Assembly (NCBI GenBank): GCA_951406725.2
Contig: OX597820.1
Coordinates: forward strand, 123,008,001 to 123,072,000
DNA: 64,000 nucleotides
Direction: 5' to 3'
From: Octopus vulgaris
Taxonomy: Eukaryota
In this document: one piece after another, positions 37,861 through 49,049 of the stretch
Layout of the letters: each line of letters begins with the position of its first letter
How positions within the stretch are numbered: position 1 is the first letter of the stretch
Position numbers and translations under genes: made by a program
Notes under the pieces: model-generated
Seen by the model: the letters and a program-made list of their open reading frames with translations, nothing else
The model's database searches: none
Told to the model about the DNA's origin: nothing

Positions 37861-38904
37861 CATACATATATATATATATTTAGGTAGATACATACATACA
37901 TTGTATATTTATCAAAAAGTTACAATGAAAAACAAAGGCAAAAATTCAGCAGTTATAAGAATAAGGAGGAGGAGGAGTTTTGAGAAGGAGGAGGAAGAAG
38001 AAGAAGAGGAGGAACAGGAGGAGGAGGGCAAATATGTCGGTTGACAAAGTCACGTTCTGGAAGGCAAACAGAAAAATCAATAATGGTATTCAAAAGATTT
38101 AAAGACAAGGTATCTTCAGGAGAGATTATCGATCCTAGGACGATAAAACTGAAGCGATCCGACGCAACAGAACGAACGAACTGCTATTGTAAGAACGGTG
38201 GGGGGGGGGGGCTGATGGGGATGAAGGTGGTGGTGGTGGCTATGGTGGTGGTGGTGGTGGTGGTGGTGGTGGTGGTGGTGGTGTCAGCGGTGGCTAGCTG
38301 GTTGTTCGGTTGACTGGTAATATTTGGCTGACTGACTGCTTGGCTCGAGTCTTACGTTGGTTGGATGTTGTTGTACTTGTTGTAGCATGTGGTGGTAGTG
38401 GCGGTGGTGGTTGTGGTGGTGGTGGTGGTGGTGACGGTGTTGGAGAGGTCGGTGTTGTTGGGGATGTTGTTTTGAAAGCGTGTATCGACTGTTGGGTGCT
38501 GAGTAGATGTGGTCCATGCTAGGAACGAGCGCTGGTTGTTGTTGTTCTTGTAGTTGTGGTCGTTGTAATAGGTGGTGGTGGTGGTGGTGGCCGGCGGCGG
38601 TGGTGGTGGTACAGGCTGTAGCTGAGTTAGTGGTGGTGGTGGTGGTGATAGAAACTGTGGTAATGGTAGTAGTTTTATTGCTGTTGGTCGTGGTGGCGAT
38701 TGTGGTACTGCTGGTGGGATGGTGTTGGTGGTGGTGGCGTTGGTAGTAGTCGTTGTGTCCGAAAATGCATCGTTTCTGACCATGTTCTTGCTGTTGGCGG
38801 CACTGAGGATGTCAGGTCGACATTGGCGGCTCTTGATCGCATTGCTATGGATGTCATTGTTTGTTGTTCCTTTTGGTGCCACCCCTTCTGCTGCTGCTGC
38901 TGCT

Positions 38905-38950
38905 TCTGATGATGATGATGATGATGTTGATGATGATTATTATTATTATT

Positions 38951-39001
<51 letters not shown>

Positions 39002-39019
39002 ATGATGATTATGATGATT

Positions 39020-39112
<93 letters not shown>

Positions 39113-39121
39113 ATGATGATT

Positions 39122-39178
<57 letters not shown>

Positions 39179-39215
39179 ATGATGATGATGATGATGATGA
39201 TGATGATGGTGATGG

Positions 39216-39262
<47 letters not shown>

Positions 39263-39325
39263 GTGATGGTGATGATGATGATGATGATGGTGATGGTGAT
39301 GGTGATGGTGATGGCGATGATGACG
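38905..39325. repeat. (GAT)n array of about 420 bp
   Basis: Directly visible. Confidence 0.95.
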
Positions 39326-39359
39326 ATGCTGTCGTTATCGCCGCTGCTTGTTACCGTTA

Positions 39360-41660
39360 TTCTTGGTAAATTAGCGCCTGGTCAGCCCAGTCGATCCTTC
39401 AGCCATTTGTCTATATTTTGGCTTACTGTTCCCAACATACCAATTATTGTACGCCCGACCGTCACAGTTCGCATGCTCCAAATTCTTCTTATTTCACATT
39501 TTAAGGGAATGTATTTCTTTTCTTTGTTTTTCTTCCTCTTTCTTTACGGTCTTAGAATCAAATGGGCATGATGGGTCGATCAGTAAGCAACTTCGCTTTT
39601 CTTTATGTATAATTGTTATGCCTGATCTATTATATTCTACCTTTTTGTCCGTTTCACTAGGAAGGCACCACAAAATCTTACATTTGTCCGACTCCAGTGC
39701 TCTTTCGACTCAATGATTGTATCATAAATTCCCATTTCTAGCAAAATATCCAGTGTAAAACTTTCACAACCTGTTCGTACCTTCATTTCTTGAATTCTCC
39801 CTGTGCCAACTAGGGGCGTTCTCCCACAATGTGTTCCACTGTCTCGTTCCAAAATCCACAGGCCAGGCTTTACATTTCTCTGACACATTCTCTCCATATT
39901 TAATTTTTTCTCAAGTTGTTTGTTTTTATCGCTTGATCTTAGGCTGCTACAAATAATGCTTTCTCTTTTTTGTAGTTTTCTCATTTTTAACCAGGCCTAG
40001 GATTTTGTTCCACACCCGCCTTCAGTGTCTATCCAAAATTGACCATGCAGAGGTTTCTCTTCGATCTTTCTGACGTGCTTTCTTCGTATTTGATTCTTGT
40101 ACTTTTCTCCTACTACGCGTTTCATCACCTGTTCTTTAGTTGTCTTTAATAGTTTTTCGTGCTGTTCTGTAAATAGTCTACTAGACATTTTCTTTCCATC
40201 TATACACATTCTTCTACTATTAAACTTCTTCCACACTGTTTTTTCCTCGAGTACAGTGGTTGATATCAGCTCTTGGATGGTGAGTTCCATGCATCGTCAA
40301 CAAATTCCTAGTTTTTCAGTCACATTTCTTTATATCGTTTTTGGTCCAGTCTATAATTCTAAGTCCATATCTGATCACGAGTACTGCTCTTGAATTTATT
40401 GCTTCAATGAGATTTTTGGAATTCACTGCAATAATTTTCGGAATCTCCTTGTGTACACCTTAGAGGTAATTTGTTTCATTTCCTTAATTTTTTTTATTTC
40501 ATCTGCTTCCAGTATTCCCAAATACTTACACCACTGTCCTTCCTCAACCGCTTCCCTTGTTGTAGAGCTGAAAAAGAGATAATTTCAACTCTTCTCCAGG
40601 GATACAGGCATCCAGCAACAGGACCTCCGTAATGCCATGATGGACCGTGAAGTCTGGCGTAGCATGGTGAATTCCATTGTCTCGGTCACGGTCGAACAAT
40701 GATGATGATGATTCCTTGTTTGCCCATTTAGCATTTAGGTTCCCTGGTTTCTTTCAAATCACCTTTTCATTTTCAATATTGCAAACATTTCTGTCCCAAA
40801 TTTCACACTTACATCATTTGAGAAATGCAGATAGTATGCACATGACCTTCAAGCAGTTTCTTCATTTTCCGCATAAAATTTTATATCATCAATGAAAAGG
40901 ACATGATTCATCTGACCATTTTCTTTTCTCAAATCGCAAGCTATTTTAACTTTTCGTAGCATCACAGTGAGTGGTGTCATGGCCAATACGAATACTAATT
41001 GAGATAATTTATCACCTTGGAATTTTCCACGTCTGATATTATCCCTCTTCCATCTTCCTTTCTAGGTAAGTATAACCTTGCTACTCCTGCCCTTGGATGA
41101 CGTCCTTCATTCATATCGAATTCTTTCTTAGTTTTTCTGTCTATCTTTGGTGTTTCAGTGTTTGTCCAGTCTTCAAAAGCTGCTGAGTATCTAAGTAATG
41201 ATAATGCCCAAGTATTTACAGTCTTCACTAAATTAAGACCATTTAGTTTTCACTTTATTAGCTTCGTCACTCTTCTCATGTACTCCTTCTCAATTTTCGT
41301 TTCCATTTCTGTAGTTAGTACTCTGTCAGATTCTAATGCTCCTACATACTTATAACTCACTCCTTCTTTCAATGATTTTAATGTTTGGCCATCTGGTAAT
41401 TGGCTGCCTTCACTGCTAACTACTTGTCCCCTTTTCACGACTAATATTTCACACTTATCTATGCCAAATTCCATGCCTATATATTTGCAGAAGAGTGTTA
41501 CAGTCTGTATTAAGAAATCTATATTTTTTCTTTCTTATTAAACAAGTTCAGATCATTCATGTAGAGTAAATGGAAATGGTTAAGTCTTCCCTTACTATTT
41601 CTGAACTGATGCCCTGCCTTTTCCTTCCTTAATATTAAACTGGAGGGGATCAGTCAAAAG
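39360..41660 (-). mobile_element. R4/Dong-like non-LTR relic containing a second nested RT segment of the same clade
   Basis: HLLYMNDL, MEFGIDKC, SYKYVGALES, VNTWALSLLRYSA, LYLPRKEDGRG; a second set IRRGKFQGDKLS, NHVLFIDDIKFYA, YKYLGILEA; then KPLHGQFW and the endonuclease region. Confidence 0.8.
40558..40712 (+). mobile_element. RTE LINE 3' tip with (ATG)n tail, internally deleted
   Basis: Matches 48696-48918 except for a deletion of about 60 bp; flanked by TTCC(C)TTGTT direct repeats. Confidence 0.85.
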
Positions 41661-41688
41661 ACAAATATTAAAGTTCCGCATTTCACAT

Positions 41689-41763
41689 TCATTTAACAAT
41701 AGTTTCGGCGATGGAGATATATACACGCAGATTTGAGTACCATGGTAACTTCATCCGAACTGA
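41689..41763 (-). ncRNA. Degenerate hammerhead-like motif
   Basis: UCAGUU-CGGAUGA...GAAAC-UAUU-GUU-AAAUGA; stem I 5 of 6 bp, core U4 changed to G, stem II decayed. Confidence 0.4.
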
Positions 41764-41799
41764 CGCTTTAATACATAGTCACTCTTTCTACTTTTCAAT

Positions 41800-41857
<58 letters not shown>

Positions 41858-41864
41858 CTATCGT

Positions 41865-41955
41865 TTTTTTGTTGTTTTTTTTTTTCATCCCCCAAAAGAA
41901 AAGCTCTACCTTGTAACTTGTCCCATCTGTGTGCAGCCCTGTGTGGCCAATAAAG

Positions 41956-41959
<4 letters not shown>
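41865..41959 (+). mobile_element. Tx1-like LINE extreme 3' UTR fragment
   Basis: Ends CAGCCCTGTGTGGCCAATAAAGAAAT, like the 3' end at 14633-14657; followed by (CT)n. Confidence 0.6.
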
Positions 41960-42009
<50 letters not shown>

Positions 42010-43300
42010 TATATATACATGTATATTCAAATATACACACAATTATGTCGAGAACGCTTCTATTTTTAATAAAATATTTTATCCTGTACCCACAATATGC
42101 AAATAAAAACAGATATTAACTCGTTGACTTATTTATGATGTTAAAACTTTTTCATTTCAGAAATCACAAGACCCCATAGAGGTGAGGCTAATTTCCAGTT
42201 TTCTAACTTTCCTTGATGGAGAGATAAATCTCTCCACCTGATTATGACATAAGTTAATTTCTCACAGGTAACTTACCTCGAAATATCAAGTGTCAATTTT
42301 CATTGGATAGGTTAACTTTAAGCATCCTAATCTTATAGACAAGGCAACGACTGTAGTGGACGTAAAATTAATGACGCGAGACTTGGTAGTATCCTACCAT
42401 ACCCACTCGGTTATTTCACCTCCTCGTTTGAAGTCATCGGTAAACCTGAATGAGTCGGAATCAGAAAATTAGAAATGTCCAAGATCATTCAGGTGTTTTG
42501 ATAATAATTACATTTAAGGTCTATTTGCTCAGCCAACTGTTTCTTTTTAAAGGTGGAGACATTGGTGCATAGAATGTAATCATAGCAATAACACAGTATT
42601 CAAAGACAGTTGAACTTTATTTTCTCCCCGCGTGGTTTCTAATGACGCTTAGCCGTGAAAGAGCTGCCGAGATAAATTGAATTTGATAATGGTTACTAAA
42701 GAGGCACTTGTGTACAGACAAGAAGATGAAAAATTAGTAGCTTTGGAAAAAAGAGTAGGGTAATTTTACTACGAAAACATTATAATCATCATCATTTTCA
42801 TAACGGTCGTCGTCATCGTTGTCATGATTGACATCATAAAGTGTAGCTATCTCTATATCGTGCTGAAATATGTGCGTAATATTGACAATTTTAGAGTATA
42901 AAGGTAATCCAAAGAAAAATTCTCTTCGTTATGGTGAGACCATCCAGAAATATCACCTAAATTTCCCTTAGATTATACGATATACTCTCGAAACGTGGTG
43001 GACACGTCTCCTGGGCGAAAGATATGAGGATGAGACATAAAAAACATTAAATACCCATCGTCTATTTCTTTCCATCCACGTATCTTAGGTTCGGCAGAAT
43101 AGCCACGGTGGGAATATATACCGGTCTTACAATAAATTAATTCTTGAGTTTCACTTGCTCGACTAAAGCACTCCTAAAAGAAGTACACACACGCAAGTTC
43201 GCACGTGTGTGTGTGTATATGCATATGTGTGTGTGTGTGATAGTGTTTGTGAATTTGTGTACGTGTATGAATATATGTCCCTGTTTATGTTTGTTTCTCC

Positions 43301-43331
<31 letters not shown>

Positions 43332-43332
43332 G

Positions 43333-43395
<63 letters not shown>

Positions 43396-43397
<2 letters not shown>

Positions 43398-43795
43398 CGC
43401 AGGAGTGGCTGTGTGGTAAGTAGCTTGCTAACCAACCACATGGTTCCGGGTTCAGTCACACTACGTGGCATCTTGGGCAAGTGTCTTCTGCTATAGCCCC
43501 GGGCCGACCAATGCCTTGTGAGTGGATTTGGTAGACGGCAACTGAAAGAAGCCTGTCGTATATATGTATATATGTGTATATATGTATGTGTGTGTGTGTT
43601 TGTGTGTCTGTGTTTGTCCCCCTAGCGTTGCTTAACAACCGATGCTGGTGTGTTAGCGTCCCTGTCACTTAGCGGTTCGGCAAAAGAGACCGATGGAATA
43701 AGTACTGGGCTTACAAAGTACTCGACTGGGGGCGGTGCTCCAGCATGGCCGCAGTCAAATGACTGAAACAACTAAAAGAGTAAAAGAGTAAAAGA

Positions 43796-43797
<2 letters not shown>
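43396..43797 (+). mobile_element. SINE family A (subfamily variant, 3' internal deletion) in (TA)n
   Basis: Matches the consensus; shares diagnostic changes with 46791-47219. Confidence 0.9.
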
Positions 43798-43857
<60 letters not shown>

Positions 43858-44061
43858 TCTCTGAGCGAGGTATAAACAGTAGCTGCACGACATCGTGAAG
43901 TATATTTGCCACTTAAATGTGGCTAACCCCTAAGGGTGGATGCTACTGTAGCTTGTATCCCCAGGAGAACACCTCCTCCAGCTGGCTGTTGATACACTTT
44001 CTGTGCCCTTTTAGTATTTGCAAAGGGAAGCCATCCTTCTTATCTTCAATCTGACATGATA

Positions 44062-44106
44062 CACACGGACTCGAGATTCTGGGTATTTACCCGTCATAAG
44101 CGTGTG
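44062..44106 (-). ncRNA. Hammerhead motif with perfect stems and two core substitutions
   Basis: CACACG-CUUAUGA-C-GGGU(AAAU)ACCC-A-GAAU-CUCGA-GUC^CGUGUG; lies in repeat 43855-44140, which is related to 54226-54712. Confidence 0.7.
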
Positions 44107-44682
44107 ACAATCACCGATTGCCGATGAAAAGTTAAAATTGTTGCAACATATTTTCCATTTACTTCATATTTTGGTTAATGTAAAATGTATTTTTTCAGTG
44201 CTCTGAAGTGTATCTAAGAAAGAATTCTGAATTTCTCTGCAGTGGTTAATCGAGTTTCTTTGAATTTCATTCGAGGCAACTTTTTGTTCTGGTATTAATT
44301 TTAGCAACATTTCTTTTTAATATTTATTTAATTGAACAATATTGTATGATACTTCACTACTCGTTTAGCTGTAATATCCTTGAACTGGTTTTATTCTATA
44401 ATTAAAAGTTCTCCTACACATTGACAGTACCAAGTGTTTCACTTTGGAAAGAACGAAGTTTAACATATCATCTAAGCCGTCCACTTGAGAGATATCTTTG
44501 CTCATGTTTAACTGATATAAGATGTCTCCTCAGTTTTGTTGTCTTCTCACAAATGCAATGATTTGGATTCATTGTATGAGATAAAGAGAAACATCAAATG
44601 CTAGAGTGTTGATGAAAATGAGACGACACACACATTGGTAGGCAGACAGTCAGACAGATAGATACATTGATAGATAGATGGG

Positions 44683-44713
<31 letters not shown>

Positions 44714-44819
44714 GCATATAGATATATAGATATATATAACTTCTGTCTGGCACTAGTCGCCATGATAGATCGTTAGCCACTACACACATTTTTTTCTCTC
44801 CTTATTTTTTTCTGTGTCC

Positions 44820-44855
44820 CTTTCTGTAGAAGAGCGTAGGCTGGAAACGTAAAAG
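44820..44855 (+). ncRNA. Minimal hammerhead-like motif in a (TA)n-flanked repeat of about 210 bp (44738-44947)
   Basis: CUUU-CUGUAGA-AGAGC(GUAG)GCUG-GAAAC-GUA^AAAG; stem I 4 bp, stem III ACGU, core A6 changed to U. Confidence 0.5.
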
Positions 44856-44943
44856 ACTTTTTTCTATTCCTGAGCGTTATACTAATACATCTGTTTCTTT
44901 TGTACAACATCTGTCTTCGTCTTTTGTTTTTTTCGTAAACTCT

Positions 44944-45012
<69 letters not shown>

Positions 45013-46790
45013 TCGTTGCATGAAAGATAGATATACGGGTCTAAATCTTTGATCACTTCCATTGATCACTTAATCCCGAACATTCTTAATACAACTGACT
45101 AAAGTGACAAATCATACAATGCAGCCTATTATATAAGTGTTTGAATAAAATAGAAAACTTGTCACTATTCACTGATACTCGACTCTGTTTAGTATGAAAT
45201 GTTATTCCAATCATTGTGGTCCCGAACCTTGCTTCCTTGGTTTTCTTCTTTTGGAAAGTGAATATTCGTTCTCATCAGTTTACGCTTCAATCAGATAAAG
45301 ACTTAGGATATCCCTTCCTGCGCTTCGTATGCAAGTTAATTTAATTGTTCATTTACTTCACATAGACCATGAAACTTGCTTCTTACTGGGAAAGACCAGA
45401 GACATTATATAGAAATTCAACTACGAAATCATATTCATATATCAACAGGAGAGCGTAATCACTTTCTTGCCATTCTATAAAATATATCAAAGATTCAGGT
45501 TTTCAGAAAACTGTTTCGAAAATAGATTCTTCGAATTAATTTCCTTCTCATGAAAACCTACGAAACAATATCATGCAAATTACAATGATGTCTGTGTCAT
45601 GCAAACGATTCACCTATTTCATTACGTTTTGGACTGTGTGTAAGAAATATATCAGGATGATCAAACCAACTAGTATGCCGAACACAAGTTTGATGCATTC
45701 AAACATTTAGCTGTCTCTCCGGTGAAAAACGATGACATGTTGGTCAGATGACCAAAATTCGGTGGGTTTTCGTCGTTGCTTGAGCCATGTCTTAAATAAA
45801 TACATTTTCCAGCTTTAACTTAATCTGGTGAAGACAAAATATCCTAATTTTATTGTTGCATACATATCCAGTATGAACTAAATGAAGAATTTTCAGAAGT
45901 GATATATATTTCCCTCTGATCTGATCTGGATTTATGGGCACAGACCATCTTTTACCCTTTAACAGCTTCTTAAGAAACATGAGATACTTGAATCTATTGT
46001 TAATTTAATAAAAAGGTCAATACAGTTCTTACCTTTCCAGTCAATATATTTTATCAACAAAAAGAAAAATATTAGTGAAGGTCTATCAAATATTAGTAGA
46101 TGACATTCTTTTAGGCTCACCTAACCGGACAGCTTCATATACAACCAAGCTTTGATAATTCTTTTAACGGGATGTAAAATGTTTTTGGGTTTTTTTTTTA
46201 TATACGCATTGCATATAAGAGGACAATATGACTAAAGAATTGAATACATCGGATTCAAATTTTTATTATTCATAAAAGCCATAAATATTTTTTTTTCTTT
46301 TTCTTCTCATATATTGTGTTGACTACTCGGAATGCCAACATAGAATTGCTGAATTTATATTAAATATTTTACTTTACAGAATCAATTTTCGTTTATATCA
46401 AACCACATTCAAAATCAATTTCCTGTATTTATATACATAGAGAAATAATTTCCTATATATTTATGTACACACACAAAAGAGTACAGTGAATACAAATAGG
46501 GTGTATGATTGTAATTATTTCTCCCCCAGGATCTCACCAGCGAAGACCACTACAACATAAATATATACAGTCACTCCTATCTTTTTGTGTTTTCCTTAAA
46601 GAAAAACAATCTATTTCTATATTAAATAAAGATTGCACATTATAATTCAATGTTAAGGTTATCAGTAGTTTCGCGTCCTTTATCTTCCTCCTTGAATAAA
46701 TGTGCACCATTGCTCATTTCCAGCTACCAAGATTCCAAACTATAGTCGAAAAACTTAGAATGTGTGTGTGTGAGTGTATATATATATATA

Positions 46791-46961
46791 GGCGCAGGAG
46801 TGGCTGTGTGGTAAGTAGCTTGCTAACCAACCATATTGTTCCGGGTTCAGTCACACTGCGTGGCATCTTGGGCAAGTGTCTTCTGCTATAGTCCCGGGCC
46901 GACCAATGCCTTGTGAGAGGATTTGGTAGACGGAAACTGCAAGAAGCCTGTCGTATATATG

Positions 46962-46994
<33 letters not shown>

Positions 46995-47219
46995 ATGTAT
47001 GTATGTGTATGTGTTTGTCTCCCTAGCATTGCTTGACAACCGATGTTGGTGTGTTTACGTCCCCGTCACTTAGCGGTTCGGCAAAATGAGACCGATAGAA
47101 TAAGTACTGGGCTTACAAAGAATAAGTCCCGGGGTCGATTTGCTCGACTAAAGGCGGTGCTCCAGCATGGCCGCAGTCAAATGACTGAAACAAGTAAAAG
47201 AGTAAAAGAGTAAAAGAGT
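46791..47219 (+). mobile_element. SINE family A (subfamily variant)
   Basis: Matches the consensus; (AAAAGAGT)3 tail then (TA)n. Confidence 0.9.
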
Positions 47220-47237
47220 ATATATATATATATATAT

Positions 47238-47315
47238 ATGGCTGAAGAAGGCCACAGACATACATTATGCATTGTTATAAATCTGTCTAATAAAGGCCCG
47301 AAACATATGTACCGC
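47238..47315 (+). ncRNA. Type I hammerhead ribozyme motif, intact core, 5' stem I clipped by (TA)n
   Basis: UGG-CUGAAGA-A-GGCC...GGCC-C-GAAAC-AUAU-GUA^CCG; palindromic stem III. Confidence 0.7.
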
Positions 47316-47337
47316 TGAATCCTTCGCATCATGTTTT

Positions 47338-47411
<74 letters not shown>

Positions 47412-47519
47412 TTGAGAGAGAGACAGGTATTCTCTGTATAAAACACACTTCGTAGTGCTGAAGTGATTTAAACTTGAGCAGGTGGAGGAGTGAATGTAAG
47501 GATAAGCAAAACAACTCGA

Positions 47520-47995
47520 TATACAAAAAATATTAAATACTTCTTACACTGAACAGAAATGATATCAGGAATTAAAGCGGTTGAATAAGAGTTTTGCGAG
47601 TCCAACTGCTAATACTGGGGGCTTGGTCGTCAAAAATAATGAATAATAAATAAGAGCTTTACGAGTCCCACAGCTGTTACCTGGGGTTTTGGGGGCCCAA
47701 TAATTTACATCTCAAATCCCATTTCTGTCAACACCTCAAATTTAAAGCTCTTCCCTGAAGACGGAGACTGGTATTATCCGATGATGGAATCAATTTAGAA
47801 TCCTTATCTTGGACTACTAAGCCACCAATAACAGGTCTTGGACTCGGGAAACTCTTATCCAACCCTTTTAGTTCCTGATATCATTTTTATTCAGTATAGG
47901 TTGTACCTTCTTATATGTAAGCATATGAACATTTTTTGGTATTAAATGTATTTAATACACTTTGTATAGCGGCTTGCCTAACTTGCTTATCCTTA
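47520..47995 (+). mobile_element. PLE-like terminal repeat with inverted partial copies at its 5' side
   Basis: 47546-47606 is an imperfect inverted repeat of 47838-47898; homologous to 4985-5360. Confidence 0.65.
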
Positions 47996-48121
47996 CATTT
48001 ACCCATATATATATATACAGAGAGAGAGAGAGAGAGATTAAATATCAGGTTAGTAAATTAAAATAATTTATTACCAGTGGTATGCGTAATACAAGTCATA
48101 AGACATAACAGATTTTTAAAC

Positions 48122-49018
48122 ATAAGACTGTACAAAATTTATACACAGAAAGGAGACCCTTACATGCTAAAAAGGGTAGGTAAAGCCCAAGCCACAAAAA
48201 GATGCATAAGGCAAGCTGTTAATGACACTAGAGCAAACAAAAGATGAATTCGTTAAGCCCGTACTCGAGTTTCCCTATTAATAGCCAAATATATAAATTT
48301 GGTATCGGTAGATTTTCAGCAGAATCGCTAATGAATGCATAATTATGTAGTTGCAATACGTAAGGAAAACACGTGCGCTATATGTTTATGCTGGCTCACT
48401 AAGTTCGAATCCATAATGGTTAGAGGTGTAACTGTCTTGCGCACCTGTTTTCGGTACGTATTACAACTACATAATTATGGATTCATTAGCGATCCTGCAG
48501 AAGATCTGCGGATACCAAATTAATTTATTTGGCTATTAATAGTGAAACTCGAGTACAGAATTAAATAATTCATTTTTTGTTCGCTCTGGTGTCATTATGA
48601 ATTTGTTCGCTCTGGTGTCATTATGCAAATATATGGGAAATTACCACCTGTGTCATCTCTTGTGAAAGGTAGGAGAGTCCAGTTTGCTGGACATTGTTGT
48701 AGAGCTGAAAAAGAAGTAATTTCTACTATTCTCCTCTGGAAGCCATCTACTCGCAATACCAGAGGGCGTACACTCTCCTACCCTGATGTAATCTCCAGGG
48801 ATACAGGCATCCAGCAACAGGACCTCCGTAATGCTATGATGGACCGTGAAGTCTGGCGTAACATAGTAAATTCCATTGTCTCGACCACGGTCGAACAATG
48901 ATGATGATGATGATGATGAATTCTTTCTTTAGAGGTTTGGGCTTTAACTGCCTTTTTAGCATGTAAGGAGTCCTGTCAAGGGTCAGTCCTGTGTATAAAT
49001 TGTTATACATTCTTATAT
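48122..49018. repeat. Fold-back element with arms of about 255 bp, each with a hammerhead-like motif; RTE insertion in the right arm
   Basis: Left arm 48122-48378 pairs with 48439-48597 plus 48919-49018 (e.g. CCTTACATGCTAAAAAGG / CCTTTTTAGCATGTAAGG). Confidence 0.85.
48623..48918 (+). mobile_element. RTE LINE 3' end, 5'-truncated, (ATG)n tail
   Basis: IYGKLPPVSSLVKGRRVQFAGHCCR...LLWKP...AMMDREVWR, then (ATG)n. Confidence 0.9.
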
Positions 49019-49049
49019 ATACAACTGCATTTATATATTTATTTTTGCT

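Noticed and set aside
38719-39571. Signal-peptide-like plus poly-Asp ORF (216 aa) and poly-Met ORF
   Set aside because: Driven by the (GAT)n microsatellite and the antisense of T/H-rich repeats; no splice or homology support.
45150-46200. Possible L1-type endonuclease relic (GTDH, FVLISL strings)
   Set aside because: Too degraded to support by eye.
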